Shown here: piece after piece, positions 17,786 through 26,236 of the stretch
How positions within the stretch are numbered: position 1 is the stretch's first letter
How the letters are laid out: each line of letters opens with the position of its first letter
Source of the DNA: Acidimicrobiales bacterium
GTDB taxonomy: Bacteria > Actinomycetota > Acidimicrobiia > Acidimicrobiales > RAAP-2
Direction: 5' to 3'
Assembly (NCBI GenBank): GCA_036521415.1
Contig: DATDHU010000154.1
Span: forward strand, 10,741 to 74,740
DNA: 64,000 bases
The notes under the pieces: generated by a model
What the model was told of the DNA's origin: nothing
Databases searched by the model: none
What the model saw: only the letters and a program-made list of their open reading frames with translations
Position numbers and translations under genes: made by a program

Positions 17786-18525
17786 GCGGCGCCCTGTCTG
17801 CGTCGGCCGCGGGAGAGGCCCTCGAGCCGGGGTCGCCCTCGGGCGAAGGGCCACAACCGGCGGCCCTCGGCGCCGCTGGGTCCCGGACGACCCGGACGAC
17901 CCGGGCCCCCGGACGCCCCCGCGACCAGCGGGCCAGCCGGGCCATCACTGAGGCTGCCATCCGGCAGCTCGACGACGCCGGGTACTCGGCCATGTCGATG
18001 GAGAGCGTGGCCAGCGAAGCCGGAGTCGCCCGGGCCACCGTCTACCGCCGCTACCGCGACAAGGCCGACCTCATCACCAGCGCCATCGCTGACCACGCTG
18101 CGTCGATCCCGTCCGGGCCGTCCGAGGACCCGAAGGCTGATCTCTGCCGCTTCCTGATCGATTTCGACCATCGCTTTGCCGCCTGGGGCATGGGCGTACT
18201 CGGGTCCCTGATGACCAATCGGGACAACCCCGGTGCCCTGGACCTGCATCGCCAACGGGTCATTGCTCCCCGACTGGCCTACGGGCGACGCCTCTTGGAG
18301 CAAGCCCAGGCCAACGGGGAGCTCCGGTCCGACGCCGACCTCGATCTCGCCTTCCAGATGTTGTCCGGTTCGGTGTTCCAGCGGCGGGTGGCCGGGATGG
18401 TCAGCACCCCCGGTTGGGCGGCGCGAGCGGTGGACGCCATCTGGAACGGGATGGGCCCAGGGCCGCGCCCAGGCCCCGTCCCGGTCAGGACCGGCGGCCG
18501 AGGTGCTCAGCGAAGAAGGCCATGA
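17782..18525 (+). CDS. TetR/AcrR family transcriptional regulator
   Basis: ATG 17782 overlaps the MFS stop (ATGA). The HTH is MESVASEAGVARATVYRRYRDKADLI. Only the tail of the 732-aa track ORF is real. Confidence 0.85.
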   Translation: MSGALSASAAGEALEPGSPSGEGPQPAALGAAGSRTTRTTRAPGRPRDQRASRAITEAAIRQLDDAGYSAMSMESVASEAGVARATVYRRYRDKADLITSAIADHAASIPSGPSEDPKADLCRFLIDFDHRFAAWGMGVLGSLMTNRDNPGALDLHRQRVIAPRLAYGRRLLEQAQANGELRSDADLDLAFQMLSGSVFQRRVAGMVSTPGWAARAVDAIWNGMGPGPRPGPVPVRTGGRGAQRRRP

Positions 18526-19114
18526 GACGATCGCCGGCGTCGGTGGCTGCCGCTTCGTCATAGTTCTCCGACCCGTCGCGGAAGAAGCCGTGGCCGGCAC
18601 CTGGGTAGACGATCGTGTCGGGATGGTGGGCCTGGACCCGCTCGATTGCCTCGGTGGGGATGTACTCGTCGCTCCCCCCGAAGAAGAGCAGCGTCGGACA
18701 ACGCGGCTCGCCCAGCTCGTCGGCGATGCCGGCACCGTAGAAGCCCACGGCGGCGTCGAAGCCGGTGCCGTGGACGGCCGAGTGGTAGGTCAGGCGGCCG
18801 CCCATGCAAAAGCCGGTGACGCCGACCTTGTCGGCGCCCATGGTCCGCAGGCGGGCCGCGGCCTCGTCGATGTCCCCTTGTGTCCGCTCCGGTTCGAGCG
18901 AGCCCATCAAGGTGGCGAAGTCAGCCCCCTCGGTACCACCGGCCCGGAAGAACAGGTCGGGGGCGATGGCGCCATAGCCCGCAGTGGCCAGGCGCTGGCA
19001 GACCCGGAGCAACTGGGGCGAGATGCCGTTTCCCTCGTGGATGACCACGACCCCGGGCCATGGCGGGTCGGCGGCAGGGAGGGACACGAAATAGGGCAGT
19101 GCGATATCGGGCAT
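18485..19114 (-). CDS. dienelactone hydrolase family protein
   Basis: ORF trimmed to ATG 19114 (MPDIALPYFVSLP..). VVVIHEGNGI, the nucleophile elbow VGVTGFCMGG and GAGHGF. Confidence 0.85.
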   Translation of the reverse strand: MPDIALPYFVSLPAADPPWPGVVVIHEGNGISPQLLRVCQRLATAGYGAIAPDLFFRAGGTEGADFATLMGSLEPERTQGDIDEAAARLRTMGADKVGVTGFCMGGRLTYHSAVHGTGFDAAVGFYGAGIADELGEPRCPTLLFFGGSDEYIPTEAIERVQAHHPDTIVYPGAGHGFFRDGSENYDEAAATDAGDRLMAFFAEHLGRRS

Positions 19115-19210
19115 GGCGACACTCTTGCACCCGGGGCCGCGGGCGCGCCCGGGTGCACTTGAACGAGGTGGCCTCCGCCCTCGGCGCCGGCCCGAGCCGC
19201 CTGTCCTTGA

Positions 19211-19251
19211 GTTGACATCTGGTTGCGGTTGACATCTGGTTGCGATAGGCT
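19211..19251 (+). promoter_or_regulatory. tandem 17-bp direct repeat overlapping the putative promoter of the antitoxin-toxin operon
   Basis: gttgacatctggttgcg occurs twice with perfect identity (19211-19227 and 19228-19244). Putative -35 TTGCGG (19223-19228), 17-nt spacer, -10 TAGGCT (19246-19251). GTG start at 19258, so the transcript is leaderless or nearly so. Confidence 0.55.
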
Positions 19252-19257
19252 GCGGGC

Positions 19258-19701
19258 GTGAACGAGGTCGCCACCCTGATTCAGCTGCCCCCAGCCGAAG
19301 CGGCCAGCCGGATCCTGGCCGGAGCCGACCGGTCGTGGGCCCGTCGCTTCGTCGACGAAGTGGACCGCCAGCAGGCGACAGGTCGGCTCCAGCACCTGAC
19401 CAGCCGGTGGCAGATCTCCAACGCCGCCGCGGCAGAGATCTTCGGCGTCTCACGGCAGGCGTTCTCGAAGTGGCTGACCAAGGGGCCCCCTGCCGGCCGG
19501 GAAGGCGCCATCGCCGATCTCGATGCGGCCACCGAGCTACTCGAGCGCTACCTGCGCCCCGAGCGCATCCCCGCCGTGGTCAGGCGCGAGGCGCCGGCCC
19601 TAGATGGGCGGTCCCTCCTGCAGCTGGCCCGGACGGCCCCGAGTGCCGAGGTCCTCGAGGCGGTGCGGACCATGTTCGACCTCCGCCGCGTCCAGCCGTG
19701 A
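19258..19701 (+). CDS. Xre-like / DUF2384-type antitoxin of a RES toxin (ParS/MbcA-like)
   Basis: 147 aa. HTH-like ISNAAAAEIFGVSRQAFSKWL, then a C-terminal ..LDGRSLLQLARTAP.. region. Its stop overlaps the start of a RES-domain gene (GTGA). Confidence 0.75.
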   Translation: MNEVATLIQLPPAEAASRILAGADRSWARRFVDEVDRQQATGRLQHLTSRWQISNAAAAEIFGVSRQAFSKWLTKGPPAGREGAIADLDAATELLERYLRPERIPAVVRREAPALDGRSLLQLARTAPSAEVLEAVRTMFDLRRVQP

Positions 19702-20264
19702 CGGGCCCGATCGCCGTCCTGCGGCTCCCCGACGACCACACCTGGCTGCGGGTCGCCGACACCGGCTGGTCCGATCCACTGGACCCGGCCTGGGCGTCAC
19801 CGCTCGGGGGACGCCGGAATCCCCCGGCCTCGTTCCCCGTCTTGTACCTCAACGAGGACCTCACGACCGCACGGGCCCAACTACACACGCTGTTGCGTTC
19901 CTGGCCGGCCAACCCGGAGGACCTGCGGGGTGACGCCCCGTACGTGCTCATCCTGGTCGGCCTGCCCCGTCGGCAACCGGTCGCCGACGCCCTCAGCGAT
20001 GACGGCCTGAGCTCGCTCGGTCTTCCCACCTCGTATCCCTTCGACGCCCACGGCGCAACCGTTCCCCACCGGATCTGCCAGCGGGTCGCGACCAGCGTCC
20101 ACGATGCGGGACTCCGGGGTGTTTGGTGTCGGTCGGCGGCGACGACCGACGGTACGGGCCGCGAACTGGCTTGGTTCCCGAGCAGTTCTCGTTCTCGCGC
20201 TCGGGCAGTGGGACGCCCCCTCCCGTTTGCCCAATGGTGGACGGCGGAGTCAGTCGCCGGGTAG
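19698..20264 (+). CDS. RES domain toxin (NAD+-targeting ParT/MbcT family)
   Basis: GTG 19698. GGRRNPPASFPVLYLNEDLTTA.. (Arg region) and GLRGVWCRSAATTDGTGRELAWFP (Ser region). Typical size and position after a DUF2384 antitoxin. Confidence 0.75.
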   Translation: MTGPIAVLRLPDDHTWLRVADTGWSDPLDPAWASPLGGRRNPPASFPVLYLNEDLTTARAQLHTLLRSWPANPEDLRGDAPYVLILVGLPRRQPVADALSDDGLSSLGLPTSYPFDAHGATVPHRICQRVATSVHDAGLRGVWCRSAATTDGTGRELAWFPSSSRSRARAVGRPLPFAQWWTAESVAG

Positions 20265-20317
20265 TTGCTGTCCGACTGAGGTTGATCGACGGCGCCCGAC
20301 GGCGCCAATGGGGCCGA

Positions 20318-21205
20318 CTATGAGTCCTGCCGTCGGCCGGCCGACGGTGGGCCGGGACTGTCGACGGTGGGCGTGCCGTCTGCCGGCCTGGTCTGGAACA
20401 CCGGCCAGCAAACCTCGATCCGGTGCTTGGACTCATCCTCGGTGTGGGTGAAGGTGACCAGGTAGTTCTCGCGGATAGGGCCCTCGACACCCAGCTCCCG
20501 CTCGGCCACGTAGGTGCCGAGGAGGCCGTAGGTCCGGTCCAACTCGTGGAACGAGCCCTCGTGAACGGTGATGGCCAGCTCGGCCGCGGGGAGGTCGAAG
20601 GGCGCCGCTCGACCCGTTGGGCCGATCCCGGCGGCCACGGGCACGGGCACGAACGCCGTGACGTCGCCCTCTTCGAGCTCGAAGAGCTCGTTGGGGTAGA
20701 GCGCGCCGCCCGGCCCGGCCGGCTCGACACCGGCGGCGGCAAGGACTCTGTACAGCTCCTCGAATGCGCCCACCCACCAATCTTCGAGACCCTCCATGGT
20801 CACCGGCTCGGTGATGGCCAGGGTTGGGGTCACGGGCACCGACCGGTACTCGACGGCGATAGGCGTCGTCGGCCGTTCGAGCAGGGCCCGCAGCGATGCC
20901 ACCGTCGACTGGGTCTGCGACAACTGCGACTCCATCCGCTCCAGGTGGGCCACCACCACCTCGTTGCGCGAGCCCACGTCGGGCGCATCGAGGACCGCCT
21001 TCACCTCCTCCAGCGGCATGCCCATGTCTCGGAAGCGCCGGATGACCTGCGCCACCGGCACCTGCGACGCGTCGTAGAGGCGGTACCCGCTGGCTCCGTC
21101 GACTTGGGCCGGCTCCAGCAGCCCGACGTCGTGATAGTGCCGGAGCGCCTTGACGCTCAGGTGGGTCATGCGGGAGAAGTCGCCGATCGTCACCAGTACG
21201 TCCAT
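20318..21205 (-). CDS. MerR family regulator with a GyrI-like effector-binding domain (BmrR/TipA-like)
   Basis: ORF trimmed to ATG 21205. MDVLVTIGDFSRMTHLSVKALRHYHDVGLLEP..GYRLY, followed by a ~170-aa GyrI-like C-terminal domain. Confidence 0.85.
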   Translation of the reverse strand: MDVLVTIGDFSRMTHLSVKALRHYHDVGLLEPAQVDGASGYRLYDASQVPVAQVIRRFRDMGMPLEEVKAVLDAPDVGSRNEVVVAHLERMESQLSQTQSTVASLRALLERPTTPIAVEYRSVPVTPTLAITEPVTMEGLEDWWVGAFEELYRVLAAAGVEPAGPGGALYPNELFELEEGDVTAFVPVPVAAGIGPTGRAAPFDLPAAELAITVHEGSFHELDRTYGLLGTYVAERELGVEGPIRENYLVTFTHTEDESKHRIEVCWPVFQTRPADGTPTVDSPGPPSAGRRQDS

Positions 21206-21212
21206 GCGCTCG

Positions 21213-21243
21213 ATTGTGGACCCTCCCGCGACGGGAATGTCAA
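21213..21243 (-). promoter_or_regulatory. MerR-type promoter (19-bp spacer with dyad) in front of the merR-family gene
   Basis: Minus strand reads TTGACA-TTCCCGTCGCGGGAGGGTC-CACAAT-cgagcgc-ATG. The spacer is 19 nt and contains the dyad. The ATG lies 7 nt after the -10, so the transcript is leaderless. Confidence 0.6.
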
Positions 21244-21276
21244 GAACGAAGCAAAGACCTGGCCCAGCGCTCACGT

Positions 21277-22749
21277 TCATCGGTCCCCCTGGGCCGCCCG
21301 TGGCCGGGGCAGCAGACGGGTCAGGACCGCGACGGCCAGGAAGAGCAGGGCGAGCTGCGCCACACTGAGCTCGAAGGCCCGTTGATAGCCGCTGGGCACC
21401 GCGCCGAAGAAGATCACGCCGGTCACGGCCACGCCCAAGGAGTTGCCGACCTGTTGCATGGTGGACAAGGCACTGGAGACGGCGCCGGCCCGTTGGGCGT
21501 CGGCGTGGGCGAGGACCGTCGTGGTCAGCGCGGTGATGCACAGACCCATGCCCAACCCGACCAATACCAGGCCGGGGGCGAGCCACCCGATCGATCCCAG
21601 CCCGTCACCGTGGACCACGGCGAGCAACACCAGGTCCCCGATCGCCATCGTGACCGCCCCGACGGCGATGAGCGAACGGCCGAACCGGAGGGTGAGTGCG
21701 GGAGCCCGGAACGAGGTGGCCAGGTAGGCCAGGGCCAGGATCGAAAACACCAGCCCGGCGTCGAGGGCGTCGAGCCCCCGGCCCTTTTGCAAGTAGAGGG
21801 CGAGCACCAAGAAGAAGGAGGCCTGGCCGCACCAAAACGTCAGCTGCGTCGCCAGGCCGGCCGCCAGGGCCCGCTGCCAGAACAGGGCCGGATCGAAGAG
21901 CGGCGCCCCGCCTCGTCGTGACAACCGGCGCTGGTGGAGCACGAAGAGGCCGAACACGACGGGAGCCGCCCCGAGGCTGATCCACGTCCAGACCGGCCAG
22001 TGGAGCTGAGTCCCCTCGACAAGTGGGAGTACGAGGGCGGTGAGGCCCAGGATGGCCAGCCCATTCCCTCCGAGGTCGAACCGGCTGGCCCGCTGAACAC
22101 GTGACTCGGGGACGAGCCGTCGGGTGAGAGCCAGCGCGACGAGGCCTATCGGGATGTTGATCAAGAACACCGTCCGCCAACCCCAGCCGAAGAGATCGGC
22201 CTGGATCAGGATTCCCCCGAGGAGCTGGCCCCCGGCGGCGGCAACACCCATGACCATGCCGTAGATAGTGATGGCCCGGACCCGGGACGGGCCCGGGTAG
22301 GCGACCCCGATGATGGCCAAGACGTTCGGGCTGATCAGCGCGGCGGCGATCCCCTGAGCAAGCCGGGCCACCACCAGCACGGTGGAGTCTGGAGCCAATC
22401 CGCAGACTGCGGACGCGGCCACGAAGAGGGCGAGCCCGGCGGCGAACGTGCGCCGGCGCCCGACCATGTCGCCGAACCGGCCGGCGGCGATCAGAAAAAC
22501 GGCGAAGGTGAGGCCGTAGCCGGCGACCACCCACTCGATGGCGCTGGGGCCGGCATGCAGCTCGGCCTGCATCGACGGGAGGGCGACGTTCACGATGAAA
22601 AAGTCGAGGACGATCATGAACACACCGCACATGAGCACCGGCAACGGTGACGGCGAGGGTGACGATGACGGCGATCTTCCCGCTAGCGGAATCCGCCGGG
22701 ATCGGGGGGCGGTCGATGGAGCTGTCGTTGGGATATCGAGTTGGGTCAT
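21277..22749 (-). CDS. MFS transporter, DHA2 family
   Basis: 490 aa. VLMCGVFMIVLDFFIVNVALPSMQ, AGYGLTFAVFLIAAGRFGDMVGRRR and ~14 TM segments. Confidence 0.9.
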   Translation of the reverse strand: MTQLDIPTTAPSTAPRSRRIPLAGRSPSSSPSPSPLPVLMCGVFMIVLDFFIVNVALPSMQAELHAGPSAIEWVVAGYGLTFAVFLIAAGRFGDMVGRRRTFAAGLALFVAASAVCGLAPDSTVLVVARLAQGIAAALISPNVLAIIGVAYPGPSRVRAITIYGMVMGVAAAGGQLLGGILIQADLFGWGWRTVFLINIPIGLVALALTRRLVPESRVQRASRFDLGGNGLAILGLTALVLPLVEGTQLHWPVWTWISLGAAPVVFGLFVLHQRRLSRRGGAPLFDPALFWQRALAAGLATQLTFWCGQASFFLVLALYLQKGRGLDALDAGLVFSILALAYLATSFRAPALTLRFGRSLIAVGAVTMAIGDLVLLAVVHGDGLGSIGWLAPGLVLVGLGMGLCITALTTTVLAHADAQRAGAVSSALSTMQQVGNSLGVAVTGVIFFGAVPSGYQRAFELSVAQLALLFLAVAVLTRLLPRPRAAQGDR

Positions 22750-22755
22750 GACTCG

Positions 22756-22786
22756 ATCGTCCGCCCTCCCGTCGCGGGAGGGTCAA
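22756..22786 (-). promoter_or_regulatory. second copy of the MerR-type promoter/operator, in front of the MFS gene
   Basis: Minus strand reads TTGACC-CTCCCGCGACGGGAGGGCG-GACGAT-cgagtc-ATG. The spacer is 19 nt. The 8-bp dyad CCCTCCCG-N3-CGGGAGGG (22764-22782) is perfect. Leaderless. Confidence 0.6.
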
Positions 22787-22817
22787 GCCACTCTGGCCAA
22801 CTCCTGCCAGTTGCAGA

Positions 22818-23513
22818 TCAGTCCGGGGAGTCGAGGCGATGAGAGGAGGCACTGCGAGCGAAGACGGCCGCCGCGACCAGGACGGCGGCAGCCACGAGGA
22901 CGAGAGGCCACGTGGCGCGTTGGTGGAGGAAAAGGGCAGCGCCGCCGAGGGCGCCGACCAACATGGCCGCCACCGCCGTTGTCCTTCGCCCTACCTTCGG
23001 ATTAGTCCCGCCCGCCAACGACGAGTCGGCGGCCAAGCCGGTCAACGTCATGGTGAGCACTGTCGTCGTCACATCGGGGACGGCCAGCCGACGGATAGTG
23101 GAGTTCCGTACGCCCATGGCGAAGGCGAGGAAGGCGATGACCGTGTAGCGCACCCATCCCGATCCGATGACGCCGCCGGCGGTGGCGGATACGGCCGCCG
23201 CCCCGCCGGACAGGATCCCCTCGATCACCATGGCGACGATGAGCCAACGGCGTCGTGAGGCGATGTGGAGAGTGATGCGGCCGGCACAGAGGGCTCCTAC
23301 GAGGAAGGACCCCAACGAGGCAAGGCTGGCCGGGATCGAAAACCCGGGCGCGCCAGCAGCGGCGAACCCGAGCAGCACCACGTTCCCGGTCATGTTGGCG
23401 GTGAAGACGTGCCCCAGGCCCAGGTAGCTGACGGCGTCGACCATGCCGCTCACCACCGTGAGCACGGTCAGCGTGCCGAGCAACATCGAGGATTGCCCGG
23501 ACTCCGTGGCCAT
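22818..23513 (-). CDS. YoaK/DUF1275 family membrane protein
   Basis: ORF trimmed to ATG 23513 (MATESGQSSMLLGTLTVLTVVSGMVDAVSYLGLGHVFTANMTGN..). Signature ..FAMGVRNSTIRRL.. and ~6 TM segments. Confidence 0.75.
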   Translation of the reverse strand: MATESGQSSMLLGTLTVLTVVSGMVDAVSYLGLGHVFTANMTGNVVLLGFAAAGAPGFSIPASLASLGSFLVGALCAGRITLHIASRRRWLIVAMVIEGILSGGAAAVSATAGGVIGSGWVRYTVIAFLAFAMGVRNSTIRRLAVPDVTTTVLTMTLTGLAADSSLAGGTNPKVGRRTTAVAAMLVGALGGAALFLHQRATWPLVLVAAAVLVAAAVFARSASSHRLDSPD

Positions 23514-23716
23514 GTCGACCTCCTCCACATCCTGCTGGCACGGGACTGGCGGCAACCCGTTGGCTCGAATTATTGCCGAGCCGGAAAGGTCGGGCCGGAG
23601 CTGGCAAGTTCGACTGAGGCCCGAGACAGGGATGCGGTGGGATGGAACAGTCAACGGTGGTGACAGACAAGAGGACAGCTCGTGGTTGAAGCCTGTGCCA
23701 GGGCGAGACTTCGCCG

Positions 23717-23772
23717 CTCTATGGCACCGGCTCTATGGCACCGGCTCTACGGCACCGGCTCTATGGCACGGG
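23717..23772. repeat. 14-bp tandem repeat x4 spanning the stop codon and 3' flank of the F420-type reductase gene
   Basis: ctctatggcaccgg at 23717 and 23731, ctctacggcaccgg at 23745 and ctctatggcacggg at 23759. The stop codon (cta, 23761-23763) lies in the last copy. Confidence 0.85.
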
Positions 23773-24183
23773 TTCGAGGATGACCACGGGGATTTGACGG
23801 GTCGTATTCTGCTCGTACTCGGCAAACCCTGGGGCTGCGGCCTTCTGCGCCGACCAGATCGGCTCGCGCTCGGCCGCGTCCGCAACCCGGCTCGTCACAC
23901 GCACTGTCTCTGTGCCCACCTCGATGGTGGTTTGTGGGTTGGCCACCAGGTTGTGGAACCAGTCGGGGTTGGTGTCCGCTCCTCCCTTTGAGCCGAAGAT
24001 GGCATAGCCCTTGTCCAACGGCTGATAGACCAGCGGGTTGACCCGCTCGGTACCGGACTTGGCCCCAACGTGGTGCAAGAGGAGTACATTCGAGCCCTCG
24101 AAGGGACCTCCCACCTTTCCCTCGTTGGCCCGGAACTCGTTGATGATCCCGGTGTTGAAATCAGACATCGTGTTGTCAGACAC
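23761..24183 (-). CDS. deazaflavin (F420)-dependent nitroreductase family protein (Ddn-like)
   Basis: 140 aa with NEFRANEGKVGGPFEG, LLLHHVGAKSGTERVNPL, GSKGGADTNPDWFHNL and IPVVILEP. Confidence 0.85.
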   Translation of the reverse strand: MSDNTMSDFNTGIINEFRANEGKVGGPFEGSNVLLLHHVGAKSGTERVNPLVYQPLDKGYAIFGSKGGADTNPDWFHNLVANPQTTIEVGTETVRVTSRVADAAEREPIWSAQKAAAPGFAEYEQNTTRQIPVVILEPVP

Positions 24184-24306
24184 AGCCTTGGCCCTCCGCG
24201 TTCATCGCTGCTCGGCTCATCCCTGCGCACTTCATCGATCCACCGTTCCCGCTGCCGGGTTCAGGCCCGGTTCGCTCATACCCGCTCGTTCAAGCACCAC
24301 CAGGCC

Positions 24307-25158
24307 CTACCACGGCATCCCGGCGCCCCCGTTGGGCCGGAGGATCTGGCCCGTGACGAAGCTCGCCGCGTCCGATACCAGGTACAGGATGGCGAAGGCG
24401 ATGTCGGTGGGCATCCCAACCCGGGCCAGGGGGGCCATGTTCGTCGCCCAGTCCACGTAGGCCTGGTACCTGGCCGCATCGACCTCCCCGGATTCGTCGA
24501 CGAAGTGGGAACGGGAGAAGTTTGAGAGGATCACCCCGGGAGCGAGGGCATTGGCCCGGATCCCGTGGGCCGCTCCCTCGGCGGCCAACGCCTTGGTCAG
24601 CTGAGCCACGGCGGCCTTGGTCATTGCATAGGTGGACATGGTCGGAGCCGGGCTGTCGATCGCTCCCGACGATATGTTCACGATGTGCCCAGAGCCTTGC
24701 CGGATCATGGCCCGCATGGCGGCCTGGCTGCCGTAGAACACGCCTCGCAGGTTGACGTCGAACACGCGATCGAATTCCTCATCGGTGACGTCCACCACCG
24801 GCCCATCGCTCCGAACTCCGGCAATGTTTCCCATGATGTCGATGCGCCCGTAGTCGGCAACGGCCCGTTCCACCAGGCTGTCGACGTCGGATCGCCGGAC
24901 CACATCCATGTGTACGGCGACCGCCGTCCCGCCTCGACCGGCGATCTCCTTGGCTGTCGTCTCGACGCCGGGCCCATCGATGTCGCCGAGCACCACCGTG
25001 GCGCCCGCCCCAGCGAAGACCAACGCCGTCGCCTTGCCGATGCCGCTGGCTGCCCCGGTCAGGACCGCCACTCGTCCGTCCAGGCTGAAGGCCTGAGCCG
25101 GTGTCACGTCGTCCGACAATGCGTCCACAGCGACCCCCGTATCGTGCGCCTCGGCCAC
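24307..25158 (-). CDS. SDR family oxidoreductase
   Basis: VAVLTGAASGIGKA, GNIAGV, YAMTKAA and PGVI motifs; 283 aa. Confidence 0.85.
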   Translation of the reverse strand: MAEAHDTGVAVDALSDDVTPAQAFSLDGRVAVLTGAASGIGKATALVFAGAGATVVLGDIDGPGVETTAKEIAGRGGTAVAVHMDVVRRSDVDSLVERAVADYGRIDIMGNIAGVRSDGPVVDVTDEEFDRVFDVNLRGVFYGSQAAMRAMIRQGSGHIVNISSGAIDSPAPTMSTYAMTKAAVAQLTKALAAEGAAHGIRANALAPGVILSNFSRSHFVDESGEVDAARYQAYVDWATNMAPLARVGMPTDIAFAILYLVSDAASFVTGQILRPNGGAGMPW

Positions 25159-25379
25159 CGCGCCTCGGCTTGTCTTGCGACAGTTTGGCTACAGACGGGC
25201 CGGTGCGTCAATCCTGCCCGTCGGCAGTTCGATCACCTATCCCCATGCAGGGTCGGAGATAGCGTGTCGGCAATCACGCGTGTTCACACGGCGGGCCATC
25301 AGTCCACTTGCATCGATGCAGCATGTTGTTGGTGTGCACATCCGGTCGATGAATAGGCCCGACCACCGGAGGTGCACCA

Positions 25380-26066
25380 ATGTCCACTCTCAAGCGCTGG
25401 CAGACCCCCGCCAGCCTCAGCCTGGTTCTGGCTGCGGCCATCATCCTCGTCCTGGCAATCGGTTACCGAGCCGATACCCAACCGGCGAGCAAAGCGACCC
25501 TCGCCTTGACGACCTCGACGCCAGCTACGTGCCCGAGTACAACGCCGGCCGCTCCCGTCGTCGCCGCGGCACCGGTGGCTCCGGCTGCGCCTGCGGCATC
25601 CTCGAATCCTCCTCCGGCATCCTCGAATGGTGCCAACTCCGCCACGCTGGCTGGCGTGTCGGGCAACGACATCCTCTCGGCGGTCGGCTCCAACAACCAG
25701 GCCCAGGGGAGCGATGGCGGCTTCGGCGACATCGGCATGCAGTTCCAGAACGTCAACATCAATGCTCCCATCACCAATGTCCACATCTCGGGAACCGGCA
25801 ACAACACCAACGTCAACGTGTCCAACGGCGACCCAGCGATCACCTCGCCACCGACGCCGGCTACCACGACCCCGCCGGCCACGACCCCGCCGACCACCCC
25901 TGTGACGCCCGCATCGCCCACCACTCCGGCTGATCCCAGCCCCGCGACCACGCCCAGCGCGTCGGCACCGACTACGGCGACCACGACTTCATCGCCAGTG
26001 CCTGTCACTGGGTCGTCCGGCTCGGATGCGACTCCGGCGCCTGTGCCGATCTCGCCTGCACCATGA
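25380..26066 (+). CDS. N-terminally anchored or secreted Pro/Thr/Ala-rich low-complexity protein with an Asn/Gly-rich core
   Basis: GGAGG lies 8 nt upstream of the ATG. A TM/signal segment (LSLVLAAAIILVLAIG) is followed by PT/PA tracts. These flank GNDILSAVGSNNQAQGSDGGFGDIGMQFQNVNINAPITNVHISGTGNNTNVNVSNG. Confidence 0.6.
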   Translation: MSTLKRWQTPASLSLVLAAAIILVLAIGYRADTQPASKATLALTTSTPATCPSTTPAAPVVAAAPVAPAAPAASSNPPPASSNGANSATLAGVSGNDILSAVGSNNQAQGSDGGFGDIGMQFQNVNINAPITNVHISGTGNNTNVNVSNGDPAITSPPTPATTTPPATTPPTTPVTPASPTTPADPSPATTPSASAPTTATTTSSPVPVTGSSGSDATPAPVPISPAP

Positions 26067-26236
26067 GGAGTCACGGGAGTTGGGTACCAATCGTTCGGAC
26101 CCCCTGACGACATAGTCGGATCAGCGGCGCGTCGAGCGCCGGTGAGTTGCACCGTGGCCGCGGGGGATCCGGCACGGCCGCTGCCTACGGCCTGGCCGGC
26201 TCTCGCCTACTGTCCCACAGCGTGGGCACCGACGAC

